A stretch of DNA of 64,000 nt from Candidatus Cloacimonadales bacterium (GCA_963662655.2 CAXXTU010000002.1:3552001-3616000), one strand, 5' to 3'. Positions 1 through 9,840 are shown, counted from the first letter of the stretch. Made by a program: numbers and translations. The notes: generated from the sequence alone by a model not told the origin.

Positions 1-929
1 CCGCCGAGAAGCAGGAACAGGATTGCCATACGTACCGCAACGCCGTTTGCCACCTGCTCGATGATCAGGCTTTGCTGGCTGTCGGCGATTTCCGGGAGGA
101 TCTCGATACCGCGGTTCATGGGGCCGGGGTGCATGATGAGTGCGTCTTTCTTGGCCCAGCGGATCGTCTCTTTGGAGAGTACGTAATGACGGGTGTATTC
201 GTCCAGACTCGGGAAAAGTCCGTCTGCCTGGCGCTCGAACTGCATGCGTAGCCCCATCACCACATCCGCGTCTTTCAGCGCGGTCTTGAGGTCGTATTCC
301 ACCTTGCAGCCGTAAATCTCGGTAAGGTGTCCCGGGACAAGCGTTCTCGGCCCGCAGACGATCACTTCCGCGCCCAGTTTGCGCATTCCGATCAGGTTGG
401 ATCGTACCACTCTCGAATGAGCGATGTCGCCCACGATCGCGATCTTGAGTCCTTCGATGCTTCCGCGCTTCTCCCAGATGGAGAAGATGTCCAGAAGGGC
501 CTGGGTTGGGTGCGCGTGGCGACCGTCGCCGCCGTTGAGAACCGGCTTGCCCGAGTGTTTGTGCACGAGCTGGGGACTTCCCGGGCATCCGTGGCGGATG
601 ATGTAGAGGTCGATGCCCATCGCGTTGAGCGTGTATACGGTATCCTGAAGGCTTTCGCCTTTGGCCAGGGATGAGGTCTCAGCGGAGAAACTCACCACGT
701 CGGCGCTGAGGCGATTCGCCGCGAGTTCAAATGACATTCTGGTGCGTGTGCTATTTTCAAAGAAGAGCGTGCAGACCGTCTTACCGCGCAGGGTCGGGAG
801 CTTTTTATAGGCGCGAAGATTGATGGATTTCATGACTTTGGCAGCCTCGAGAATCGCGTAGATCTCTTCGGGGCTGTAATCATCCAGGTCGAACAGGTTG
901 CGTCCGACAAAATTGAGTTCGTTGTTCAT
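1..929 (-). CDS. pyrB: Aspartate carbamoyltransferase catalytic subunit (3' end runs off the window)
   Basis: Not in the ORF track; translated by hand from ATG at 929 (SD TGGAGGT at 939-933): MNNELNFVGRNLFDL...FFENSTRTRMSFELA...HPTQALLD...GDIAHSRV...MHPGPMNRG. These are the canonical ATCase motifs. Confidence 0.96.
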   Translation of the reverse strand, partial: MNNELNFVGRNLFDLDDYSPEEIYAILEAAKVMKSINLRAYKKLPTLRGKTVCTLFFENSTRTRMSFELAANRLSADVVSFSAETSSLAKGESLQDTVYTLNAMGIDLYIIRHGCPGSPQLVHKHSGKPVLNGGDGRHAHPTQALLDIFSIWEKRGSIEGLKIAIVGDIAHSRVVRSNLIGMRKLGAEVIVCGPRTLVPGHLTEIYGCKVEYDLKTALKDADVVMGLRMQFERQADGLFPSLDEYTRHYVLSKETIRWAKKDALIMHPGPMNRGIEILPEIADSQQSLIIEQVANGVAVRMAILFLLLG

Positions 930-1005
930 TGTACCTCCATAAAATGATGAAATCGATACACGGGGATGGTGGAGGTCATGGAAGTGTTTTCAGTAGCATC
1001 TTTCC

Positions 1006-1037
1006 TCCTTCTTGCCTCTCAGGACATTGTTAAAGGA
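1006..1037 (-). promoter_or_regulatory. PyrR-binding RNA stem-loop in the pyrB leader
   Basis: Minus strand reads UCCUUUAACAAUGUCCUGAGAGGCAAGAAGGA. It has the UUUAA motif, a GUCCnGnGAGGC loop and a closing UCCUU/AAGGA stem like the Bacillus PyrR binding loop, directly upstream of pyrB. Confidence 0.85.
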
Positions 1038-1230
1038 TTATTTATCGCATTCGCGACATTCAACGTTTTCGAACAATTGCTCTGATGAAATCGAGTGGGC
1101 TGAATATGTCAAGTGAATTCGCCGCAAACCGGGAAGATTTTGGAGTACTATCCGAACGTAATCTCGAAGGCCGGGAAGGATCAATGGAATTGTTTTTTTT
1201 GGGGGAACTCCAGGCAGCCAATCAGCGTAG

Positions 1231-1264
1231 AAAAAGAAAACCGCCTCCGGCATGGAGGCGGTTT
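1231..1264 (-). terminator. Rho-independent terminator after the FG-GAP protein gene
   Basis: AAACCGCCTCC-GGCAT-GGAGGCGGTTT hairpin followed on the minus strand by TTTTCTTTTT. Confidence 0.85.
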
Positions 1265-1282
1265 CGGTTCGTGTAGAAAGGT

Positions 1283-3481
1283 CTATTTCAAGATCATCAT
1301 CTTCTTCATTTCGGTTGTGTCTGTCGTTTCCATCTTGTAGAAATAGATACCGCTGGAGCAGCTCTTGCCGCTGGCGTCGGTTCCGTTCCATTCGATGGTG
1401 TGAGTCCCGGCGACCTTCACTTCGTCCACCAGGGTACGAACGAGCTGGCCGCGTGTGTTGTAAACCTTAATGCTCACGGCTGAATCGTCTGCGATCGAGT
1501 AGTTGATCGTTGTGTGAGGATTGAAGGGATTGGGCGTGTTCTGGCCGAGGGTTGTCGTGAGGAACACCGGCGGTTCTTCCGGGTCTTCTTCGTTGTACGT
1601 GATCGTAACGGTAGTTGGCCCGTACAATGAGGATATTCCGTTCATTTCAACCGCTTCCAGCCAGTAGCTGTAGGTTGCGTCTTCTTCGACATCGACGTCG
1701 TTGAAGAGGTAGTTGTTTCCGTTCGGGCTGTTGCCTGCAACGATGAGGCTGGCGTTGATCATCATGGCGTCTTCGAGGAGGCCGTTCTCCGCGCGAAGCA
1801 CGCGGTAGCCGAGCATGTCGCTCTCGGACTGGGTGGTCCAGTTGAGCATCACGGAGTTTCCTGCGGAGAGGGTCGCCGTGAAGCTGGAGAGCTCGACCGG
1901 CAGGGTCGTGCCTTCGCCGTTGTTGACCACGAAGTGCTCGCCGCCGTCGCGCAGCGCGGTATCGAATGTCCAGGTGAAGGTTGCGGTGTGTAGTACATTG
2001 TCCCATTCAACGGCTTCGACCTCAGACCATTCTCCTCCACTATTCCAGACGATCTCGGTCGGAGAGAAGGGCAGGCCGCTGAAATGCAGGACGAGCTGGA
2101 CCGGCTGGCTGGTTCCGGTGACGGTCACCCGGTAGGTGAGGGCCGCGTTTTCTGGAACGATCACGTTCTCGTTTCCGGGCACCACGACGATATCCACCGT
2201 GATGGTCGCGCCGGACTCGCTTGGGTTGACATCCACGTCCGGATCGACCACAACCGCGCCGTTGCCGTCGTAGTCATAGGCATCGAGAGGCTCGACATCC
2301 ACAGCCAACGGGTCGTCGTCTGCCGGAGTACCGGAGGCTTCGCCGGTGCCGGGGAGTGAGCAATCAAAAGCGAAAACGCATTTCTCAACTTCACCCACAA
2401 ACACTTCGTTACCGATCAATATCCTACTGCCAGAAATTGCTAATTCGGATCCAAAATTTTCGCTTGCCTGGGGTGTGTCTGAAACCAGCTTCTGCGTGTT
2501 TACCCAAGATGTCCCATCCCAATAGAAGAGGTATGCCGCTCCAGCATTAGAACAACCATCTACATAGGACGAAGATGCACTGACAAGCACATAGTCCCCA
2601 TCAATAGCCACTTCCTGGCCATAATAGGAACCAGGAAGACCTCCATCCGGTACCAGTGACGAAACCAGGTTCCACTCCGTCCCGTTTCTTTCAAAAGCAT
2701 AGGCATTACTCAGGTTCGCTCCCCCCACGACGACTCGATCTCCGGATATGGAGACTGTTGAACCGTAGTTTTTATTGGTTGCTTGTGCACCGTAGGGAAG
2801 TGTGTCCTGGAACTCCCAGTTGGTTCCATTCCAATGATAAACATACGCAAGGCCTGCATAAAGCCCGTATGTGTTATCGCCAGAAGCTCCGATAACCAGA
2901 TAATCTCCATCGATCGCGAGAGCTCGTCCGAAATAGATGGTGGAAGGAATGGTGTCCATCAAAGTATCCACGAGTACCCATGACGTGCCGTCATAGTGGT
3001 AAACATTCACACCATCGTAAATACGCGTTCCGACGAACAAGAAATCACCTTCAACACAGACGGTATAGCCAAAGTTGCTGAAAAAACTACCTGTGATTTT
3101 CTGTACCTGGGTTCCGTCCCAAGTATGGACATATACGGCTCCTGAGCCACTACCGTATGCTCCAACGAATATGAAATCGTCGTTGAAGCAGGCATCGTAG
3201 CCGTAATAGTCGTAGGCCTCTCCATCATTGGGTTGAAGAGTCATGCTCAAATCCCAGCTCGTCCCACTGTGATGGTAAACATACGCGACTCCGGTGGCAA
3301 TGTCGGAATCATCCTGCGCAGTCATGTCGCCTATGATTGCGTAATCACCTTCCATGTAGATGTTCGATGGAAAGTCGACCACCCCTTCTGGACTATCAAG
3401 TTGCTGCTTCTGGGTCCACTCGGCAGAGAGGCTAGCTGAAACAAGTAGAGTTGCAATTAGGATCAAGAATGCTTTTCTCAT
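1283..3481 (-). CDS. Secreted FG-GAP/beta-propeller repeat protein with C-terminal FlgD-Ig/T9SS-type sorting domain
   Basis: Start MRKAFL at 3481 with AAGGAG SD; signal peptide; repeats such as FGRALAIDGDYLVIGA and YGQEVAIDGDYVLVSA; TLPVELSSFTA module; C-terminal NTPNPFNPHTTI...VYNTRGQLVRTL...SGIYFYKM...KKMMILK. Confidence 0.85.
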   Translation of the reverse strand: MRKAFLILIATLLVSASLSAEWTQKQQLDSPEGVVDFPSNIYMEGDYAIIGDMTAQDDSDIATGVAYVYHHSGTSWDLSMTLQPNDGEAYDYYGYDACFNDDFIFVGAYGSGSGAVYVHTWDGTQVQKITGSFFSNFGYTVCVEGDFLFVGTRIYDGVNVYHYDGTSWVLVDTLMDTIPSTIYFGRALAIDGDYLVIGASGDNTYGLYAGLAYVYHWNGTNWEFQDTLPYGAQATNKNYGSTVSISGDRVVVGGANLSNAYAFERNGTEWNLVSSLVPDGGLPGSYYGQEVAIDGDYVLVSASSSYVDGCSNAGAAYLFYWDGTSWVNTQKLVSDTPQASENFGSELAISGSRILIGNEVFVGEVEKCVFAFDCSLPGTGEASGTPADDDPLAVDVEPLDAYDYDGNGAVVVDPDVDVNPSESGATITVDIVVVPGNENVIVPENAALTYRVTVTGTSQPVQLVLHFSGLPFSPTEIVWNSGGEWSEVEAVEWDNVLHTATFTWTFDTALRDGGEHFVVNNGEGTTLPVELSSFTATLSAGNSVMLNWTTQSESDMLGYRVLRAENGLLEDAMMINASLIVAGNSPNGNNYLFNDVDVEEDATYSYWLEAVEMNGISSLYGPTTVTITYNEEDPEEPPVFLTTTLGQNTPNPFNPHTTINYSIADDSAVSIKVYNTRGQLVRTLVDEVKVAGTHTIEWNGTDASGKSCSSGIYFYKMETTDTTEMKKMMILK

Positions 3482-3727
3482 TTTGGCGCTCCTTTTCATA
3501 TTCTGTTTCGATCATAAATACTTCCCGTTACTGCACCAAAATGTTTTCAGTACGATAATTGTACCGGCAGGAAATCAGGCAATCATTTTTTAGTAAAAAA
3601 TTTTCATAAAATGAGGCGAATTCATTGAGTTGTTGTAAGATGTCCCCATATGTAAGCTTATGATTGTGGGCTCGTCGCGTCAATTTGTCAATGCATAAAT
3701 AGTTAGCAAATCACGGAATATGTGCTG

Positions 3728-3761
3728 AAAAAAAAAGACCGAGCAGATGGCTGCCCGGTCT
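3728..3761 (-). terminator. Rho-independent terminator of the pgs operon
   Basis: AGACCGAGCAG-ATGG-CTGCCCGGTCT hairpin with a 9-nt A run on the left, which is a U-tract on the minus strand. Confidence 0.8.
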
Positions 3762-3781
3762 CTATACTATATAACGAACGA

Positions 3782-4909
3782 CTACAGGTCGTCCTCGACA
3801 TTGACTACGTTCTGTGTAAAGTGCCGGTCTTTTCGATCGAGGAACACCACCAGTATTAGCGCTAACAGAATAATCGCTAATGCAATGGCTGCTACAGTTA
3901 CGTTGCGGCGCTTCGATTCGAAAACTGAGCCGGTACCGACTTCGGGAAGCGGCTCCGGATCGACAGGCATATTGTAGCGCTCGGCCAGCTTCACGATGTC
4001 GTAAAGGTGGACGACCGGCATTGTTTCGGCGAACTTCATCATGACGCCCGGGTCGTCGAACTCGAGCTTGATGAGGGATGCGTTAGCCCCGTTGGGGACG
4101 ATCTTCGCGTTCTCGAGCGATCCGACGCTACCGTATCCGCCGCCGATGTTGATGTAGGCCGCGTATTTCTCACGAGCGGGAAGGAAACGCTGGTAAGCGC
4201 TCCATCTTTGCTGTGCTACGGTTGTTTCGCTATCCTTGAGAACCAGAAGTTCGTTGGGGTTGAGGCCATTTCTGCGGATCGCTTCACGGATCAGTTTGCG
4301 TCCGTTGGAGCCAACTCCGCCGCCACGGTCTTTGTATCCGCCAAGCGACGCGAGGCGCGAGCGGAACGAGATGAGGCCTTTTCCGTAGAGCACTCTTTCC
4401 ATGTCCAGCCAGGTGAAATCGTCGCGGTTGGCGCCAAATTCGGCTGAACCGACCGATGTAATGATCACGGGGCGGAGCTTCATGGTTTCCATCGCGGCAT
4501 AGAGCGCGAGGTTCGCGCCCGGATTCGCTCCGGTGAGTCCGACAGCAACCAGATCGAGGGAATCGACCTTCGCTTCGCGCAGGAATTCCACCATCATGGC
4601 GGCCATGTTCGGGTTGAGCGCTGTTAGGCGCTGCGAGAGCCCGCCGTAACTCGTGGTTATCGAGGAACTATCGCGCATGACGCCGATGAGGCCCGTGAGG
4701 TTGGGATCGTTGTTCTCGTCGATGGAGTACCCGAGATCGACGACTTCATCCTTGAGGACGTTCATGCATTTCTGCATGCGTTCGGCAGCAGCTATCTTTA
4801 CAGGGTCCTGCACCGTCGTGTACGTGCTCTGGCTGATGACATATAGTATCAGGGCCAGTACGGACAGTCCGATGAGCGACCAGATTGAACGAAGTGATGG
4901 ACGAAACAT
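3782..4909 (-). CDS. pgsW: Poly-gamma-glutamate system protein (PgsW-like)
   Basis: N- and C-terminal TM helices; motifs DPNLTGLIG, ITTSYG, NPNMAA, SVGSAEFGAN, YINIGGG; directly downstream of pgsB-pgsC. Confidence 0.8.
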   Translation of the reverse strand: MFRPSLRSIWSLIGLSVLALILYVISQSTYTTVQDPVKIAAAERMQKCMNVLKDEVVDLGYSIDENNDPNLTGLIGVMRDSSSITTSYGGLSQRLTALNPNMAAMMVEFLREAKVDSLDLVAVGLTGANPGANLALYAAMETMKLRPVIITSVGSAEFGANRDDFTWLDMERVLYGKGLISFRSRLASLGGYKDRGGGVGSNGRKLIREAIRRNGLNPNELLVLKDSETTVAQQRWSAYQRFLPAREKYAAYINIGGGYGSVGSLENAKIVPNGANASLIKLEFDDPGVMMKFAETMPVVHLYDIVKLAERYNMPVDPEPLPEVGTGSVFESKRRNVTVAAIALAIILLALILVVFLDRKDRHFTQNVVNVEDDL

Positions 4910-4911
4910 GA

Positions 4912-5349
4912 TTAGAACCTCCCCGGGAAGATGATCATGAGTATCAACCGTACGATGACCGCTGCGAGAAACATGCTGGAAAGCGTGCGCCAGATGCCCT
5001 GGCGTTCCATCCAGTTAGCGATCAGACCGGGGATGATGTAACCGATCGAGTGAAACTTCACATCCACGGGCATCAGATGGAAAACCACCGACGAAGCCCA
5101 TCCGAAAATGAAACCGATCAGGATACTGAGAACCATTCGACGTTTCCCGTACAACAGGGTAAAATTAGAAACCAGCTTGATGACCAGCAGCGTAGCGAAG
5201 CTGACCACTAAAGTACCGATAATAAATCCGGGCTTGTCCAGATACATGGCAATGTAACCCGGTACAACGATTCCGCCAGCGGAAGCGCCCAGCAATTCGC
5301 TGAACACCAGGCTGACGATGACGCCTAAACCAACGGCCGCTTCAACCAT
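4912..5349 (-). CDS. pgsC: Poly-gamma-glutamate biosynthesis membrane protein PgsC/CapC
   Basis: Hydrophobic 145 aa; AGGIVVPGYIA, LYGKRR and IGYIIPGLIANW are typical CapC motifs. Confidence 0.93.
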   Translation of the reverse strand: MVEAAVGLGVIVSLVFSELLGASAGGIVVPGYIAMYLDKPGFIIGTLVVSFATLLVIKLVSNFTLLYGKRRMVLSILIGFIFGWASSVVFHLMPVDVKFHSIGYIIPGLIANWMERQGIWRTLSSMFLAAVIVRLILMIIFPGRF

Positions 5350-6523
5350 TGATTCCTCCTTGGGATTTCAACTTGAAATATTTAACGATCTGAGCGCCGT
5401 ATTTGATGCGCCCAGCGATGTTACCGATTGCAAAAATATGGCATTCCTTTTTAACCAGCGAATAGATTTTGTTATAGACGATTTCCGGATCGTCCTCGGC
5501 CATTATAATCAGCTTCTGGCGCGAGATTCCCTTTTCCTTGGCGTAGGACGCGAGCTGAAAGGTTCTCTCTCCGGTCAGGACAAGGTAATCGAAATCGAGG
5601 CCCTTGCTGACATCGACAAGCTGTTTAGAGCGGAAGAAGCGATCGCTTCTCGTATTGAGGATGATGACCTTCTCGACCTTGTCCAGCGGTTTGATGATCG
5701 AGTTCCAGATCATGACGGTCGAGTCGGGATCGTTCGCCGCGAAAACGTTGTAGAAGAACAGCTTCTTGCCTTTGTCCTCGATGTAGTACCGTTTGAGCGC
5801 ACCCGGGTCGGGCCGGGAGGTCTGCATACCCTTCAGGGCTTTTTCCCTCGAGACTCCGAGCTCTTCGCAGATCGAGAGCGCCAGCGTGACGTTCTCTTTG
5901 TGCTCGATGTAGTTGAAACGGAGCAGCTCCTCATCGGTGACCGTGTGCTTGGGAACCTGGACCATCCTGGTGTGGCGTCTCTTCGCAACCTCTTGCATGA
6001 TGTAGAACTGGTCGACTTCCGAAGTGTAGCAAACGCCGTTTTTCGATAGGGTGTTGCACAAGCTCCGGGTGATGCTTTCCAGTGTGTTTCCCATCAGGTC
6101 CATGTGGTCCATGCGGGAATTTGTGATGACGCCGATGGTCGATTTGACGAACATTTTCTCGGTGATCCACTGGTAAAGCGGATTGACCGCCATGCACTCG
6201 ATGACGATCGCGTCCGGCTTTCGCTTCGCTGAATAACGGAATACGTACTTCTGTTCGATGATGTTCGCGTTGGCAAGCCGCTCGATGGAGGCTTCCGTCC
6301 CATCTTCCAGGATCATGCGAGGCATGGTTCCTGTCGTTTTGGCGATGGTTTTCACACCGCCGGCTCGTAGTCCTGACGCGATCAATCGTGTAACGCTCGA
6401 CTTTCCACGGGTACCGTTGACATGAACACGAATGGGAATTTCCGCCACATTCTTGGCGTGGCGGTAATACTCTAGCATGAAGAAGGCGATCAAAATGATT
6501 GTCGCCAGAATCAATATGAACAT
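5342..6523 (-). CDS. pgsB: Poly-gamma-glutamate synthase PgsB/CapB (Mur-ligase fold)
   Basis: IRVHVNGTRGKSSVTRL, AKTTGT, IECMAV, TNSRMDHMD, FAANDP. Confidence 0.95.
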   Translation of the reverse strand: MFILILATIILIAFFMLEYYRHAKNVAEIPIRVHVNGTRGKSSVTRLIASGLRAGGVKTIAKTTGTMPRMILEDGTEASIERLANANIIEQKYVFRYSAKRKPDAIVIECMAVNPLYQWITEKMFVKSTIGVITNSRMDHMDLMGNTLESITRSLCNTLSKNGVCYTSEVDQFYIMQEVAKRRHTRMVQVPKHTVTDEELLRFNYIEHKENVTLALSICEELGVSREKALKGMQTSRPDPGALKRYYIEDKGKKLFFYNVFAANDPDSTVMIWNSIIKPLDKVEKVIILNTRSDRFFRSKQLVDVSKGLDFDYLVLTGERTFQLASYAKEKGISRQKLIIMAEDDPEIVYNKIYSLVKKECHIFAIGNIAGRIKYGAQIVKYFKLKSQGGING

Positions 6524-6719
6524 GAATACCTCGGTCTTGATCTATACCTGAAAATCAGGTTTCCCTTTATACTGCAAAATATATTCCAGTTTCCAGCCAC
6601 GAGGGACATAAATGGCAGGTTTCGTTACGATGGATTTTCGTCAATGTTTTATCTTTACGCCATTTTTATTTGACTGTTGCATTCCGTTTTCAAATCTTGC
6701 CTGAAAGGAGTCCTGACAC

Positions 6720-8249
6720 ATGCGCATGAACGTCGCTTTGATTACGGTTGCACTGCTGATGCTCGCTTTCGTCTGCCCGGCATTTGAGCCAACGTCTTCT
6801 CATTTCACGAAATCCAGTGGCTTCGAGGCCTATCAAAGCTGGCTCCGCAACGGCGAAATGTATAACGATACTCCGGCTTCGCTCGACGCGACCTCGATCA
6901 AGATGACCTACTATTCAGGTGATGGTGCGCCCGTGCGCGTCGGATTCGTCATCGAAAGAGGATTGCTGGCGGAGAACACGGAGATATGGACGGAGTACGG
7001 TGAGAGCCATCCCAACGATCCTGTGATGAAGGCCTTGGGCGCTTTTCTTTTCAACCTCAACTGCGATAACCCCGAGTTCTTTCTGCACTACGTGTATATG
7101 AAGGAAGTTCAGATCGAGCAGGACGACCGATACATCTCCGCCGATACGCTCTACGCTCGTTTGAATGGGCGCAGAATGATTCCCCAAGTGATTTCCTTCG
7201 AGCATTCGGGTGGTACTCGGATACGCATCGAGGGAACCGTCGATTTCACAATCATGTTCGATATAAAAGCTAATTGGAGAGATGCGGAAGCCGTTATCCC
7301 GCAGCTTGACGGTCGGGAACCGGTTCAGCGAAGGCAGCCGCGCACGGTTGTCGTGAAGCCGGATCGGGTCAGGGCTCCGGCGACGGTGACGGAGGAGCAG
7401 GAGCCGGAGGATGCGATCACCGAGCCCGAGCCTCCCAAAGAGACGCCCGGGAAGAAGTGGGAGCCGAAGCCGTCGCGGGAGGTGGCGACGATGGTCCAGG
7501 CCTCGGATCTGCCCAATATTCGCACGACATCCCTGGAAGAGATGCTGGAAGCCTATTCGGATCGAATCCTGACGCGCAAGGTATTGCAAAATCAGGTGAA
7601 GGATCCGGCGCAGTTCATACGCGAAGAGTTCCCCGATTACCGCATCGACATCGAGAACAATCGCTACCGGATCAATCACGACCGTTACGACAACATGCTC
7701 TACTCGGAGATCGACGTCTATTCAACCATACTCTCCGACGGGGTTCAGATTTCATCGATGAGCGATTACGCCATCGAGGGCCGGAACATCGTTCTTCCCA
7801 GTGGGGAGAGGATTACCACCGGCAATCTGAGCGATGAGGAGATCGAAATGATCGCGCCGAACCTGGTCGCCCTGTGCAATCAGCACCGCTCGCTGGGGAA
7901 GCGACTGATACATTTCCTGCTGACGCCGGACGCCGCTTCCACGACACTGGTACTGAAGGGCAACGAGAGAAAGCTGTACGAGATGCACAGCTATCTGCAA
8001 TTGCTGTTGTTACTGAACCACTGGTGGCAGGATCGCACCGTGTTCTTCAGCATCACGGAAGTAAAGAAAGTAAACGATTACATCGAATTCCGTGGTAATC
8101 TGGTTGCCAGGAAGAACGACGACCACGGCCGGTTCGATTTTGCCGAAGTCCGGTTCCATCTCAATCAATACTACCGCATCGACCTTGCTATGATGTTTTT
8201 AACCCCCGATTCGGTGATGGTTAGTGGCGAGTCTATACTTCAGGAATGA
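6720..8249 (+). CDS. Hypothetical exported protein with Pro/Glu-rich central linker
   Basis: AAGGAG SD; signal-peptide-like N-terminus; EEQEPEDAITEPEPPKETP linker; no family recognised. Confidence 0.75.
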   Translation: MRMNVALITVALLMLAFVCPAFEPTSSHFTKSSGFEAYQSWLRNGEMYNDTPASLDATSIKMTYYSGDGAPVRVGFVIERGLLAENTEIWTEYGESHPNDPVMKALGAFLFNLNCDNPEFFLHYVYMKEVQIEQDDRYISADTLYARLNGRRMIPQVISFEHSGGTRIRIEGTVDFTIMFDIKANWRDAEAVIPQLDGREPVQRRQPRTVVVKPDRVRAPATVTEEQEPEDAITEPEPPKETPGKKWEPKPSREVATMVQASDLPNIRTTSLEEMLEAYSDRILTRKVLQNQVKDPAQFIREEFPDYRIDIENNRYRINHDRYDNMLYSEIDVYSTILSDGVQISSMSDYAIEGRNIVLPSGERITTGNLSDEEIEMIAPNLVALCNQHRSLGKRLIHFLLTPDAASTTLVLKGNERKLYEMHSYLQLLLLLNHWWQDRTVFFSITEVKKVNDYIEFRGNLVARKNDDHGRFDFAEVRFHLNQYYRIDLAMMFLTPDSVMVSGESILQE

Positions 8250-8257
8250 AATCATCG

Positions 8258-8286
8258 TTGACAGCGGGTGTATCGTTTGGTAACAT
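8258..8286 (+). promoter_or_regulatory. sigma70-type promoter for tatD
   Basis: TTGACA (8258-8263), 17-bp spacer, TAACAT (8281-8286) with an extended TGn element. Confidence 0.7.
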
Positions 8287-8319
8287 TTTTCCTGATTTCA
8301 ATGTACACTGGAGATATCA

Positions 8320-9069
8320 ATGAGAATTTTTGAAACACACGCTCATTTGGATTTTGCAGATTACGATAAAGATCGCGACCAGGTGCTCCGCAAATGCTTC
8401 GAGAGTGGCGTCGAGCGGATCATCAATATCGGGATCGACCTCGAGACTTCGAAAAACAGCATTGCGCTGGCGAAGAAGTACAAGCAAATTTACGCTACGG
8501 TTGGTTTCCATCCGAGCGACGCAGAGACTTACAACGAACAGGCGTTGTTCGAATTGCTGAAGCAACCGAAGGTTGTCGGGATCGGCGAGATCGGGCTGGA
8601 CTACTACCGCATGCGGAACACGAAGGAAGTCCAGAAGAAGGTGTTTTCACGCCAGGTTGAGATCGCCGTGGAGAAGAAGCTACCGATCGTCGTTCATAAT
8701 CGCGACGCGCACGAAGATTGCCTGGAAATCCTGGAACGCCACAAGCCGGAGAAGGTGGTTTTTCACTGCTTCTCAGGCGATGAGCTGATCGCGGAGCGGA
8801 TTCTCGGAAACGGCTGGAAGATATCTATCACCGGCGTTGTGACATTTAAAAACAGCCAGATCGACGGAGTGGTGCGTATGCTTCCGAAGGATCAGTTTTT
8901 CATCGAAACGGATTGCCCATTTTTAGCGCCGGTGCCTCACCGGGGAAAACGGAACGCGCCGTACTACTTGCAATACGTGATCGAGAAGATTGCGGAGATC
9001 AAGCGAGTATCGCCTCGGCAGGTTGCTGAAGCCTCCTACGAGAATGCAGAGAGATTTTTCGGGGTGTAA
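8320..9069 (+). CDS. tatD: TatD family deoxyribonuclease
   Basis: ETHAHLD, GFHP, IGEIGLDYY, VHNRDA, FHCFSG, ETDCPFLAP. Confidence 0.95.
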   Translation: MRIFETHAHLDFADYDKDRDQVLRKCFESGVERIINIGIDLETSKNSIALAKKYKQIYATVGFHPSDAETYNEQALFELLKQPKVVGIGEIGLDYYRMRNTKEVQKKVFSRQVEIAVEKKLPIVVHNRDAHEDCLEILERHKPEKVVFHCFSGDELIAERILGNGWKISITGVVTFKNSQIDGVVRMLPKDQFFIETDCPFLAPVPHRGKRNAPYYLQYVIEKIAEIKRVSPRQVAEASYENAERFFGV

Positions 9070-9153
9070 TGAAAACCGCAGGATTGCGTTATAACGGTGG
9101 TATATGATTATAGACACGATACAACAGATAAAGTTTGAATACGGAGGTATGGA

Positions 9154-9834
9154 ATGTTCTTCTATGATCCTACCATAATCTTGATCATACCCGTTTTGAT
9201 TCTGGCATTCTGGGCTCAGGCCAAAGTCAAGGGAACCTATAGACAGTACGCGAAAGAGCCGAACTCGTTTCAGATGACCGGCGAGCAGGTAGCCCGGAGG
9301 ATTCTTGATCGCAACGGGCTGACGGACGTTCGTGTAGCTCCGGTTGCCGGCGTTCTTACCGATCACTACGATCCGCGCACGAAGGAAGTGCGTCTCTCGC
9401 AGGATATCTTTTACGGTCGCTCGGTTTCATCCGCGAGCATCGCGGCTCACGAAGTAGGCCATGCATTGCAGCACGCGCAGGGGTATGTCCCGCTGACGAT
9501 CCGCGCCAGTATATTGCCCGTGGCGAATCTGGGCTCGACTGCTGCGTTTCCGCTTTTCCTGGCCGGGCTTTTCTTCTCGATTCCGTTTCTGATGGATCTG
9601 GGGATCCTTTTCTTCGCCGGAGCGTTCTTGTTTCATCTGGTGACGTTGCCGGTCGAGTTCAACGCGTCCAGCAGGGCGATCGCGCAGCTTTCACAAGGCT
9701 GGATGATCCGTCAGGATGAGCTAGTGCACAACCGCAAGGTGCTCAATGCGGCGGCCATGACGTACGTTGCTGCGACGCTGATGGCCCTGGTGCAGCTAAT
9801 ACGTTTGATTGTTCTTCGCGGCAGCAGAGATTAG
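9154..9834 (+). CDS. Putative neutral zinc metallopeptidase (YugP-like membrane family)
   Basis: LTDHYDP, AAHEVGHALQH, TLPVEFNASSRA, LNAAAMTYVAA. Confidence 0.92.
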   Translation: MFFYDPTIILIIPVLILAFWAQAKVKGTYRQYAKEPNSFQMTGEQVARRILDRNGLTDVRVAPVAGVLTDHYDPRTKEVRLSQDIFYGRSVSSASIAAHEVGHALQHAQGYVPLTIRASILPVANLGSTAAFPLFLAGLFFSIPFLMDLGILFFAGAFLFHLVTLPVEFNASSRAIAQLSQGWMIRQDELVHNRKVLNAAAMTYVAATLMALVQLIRLIVLRGSRD

Positions 9835-9840
9835 TGTATC

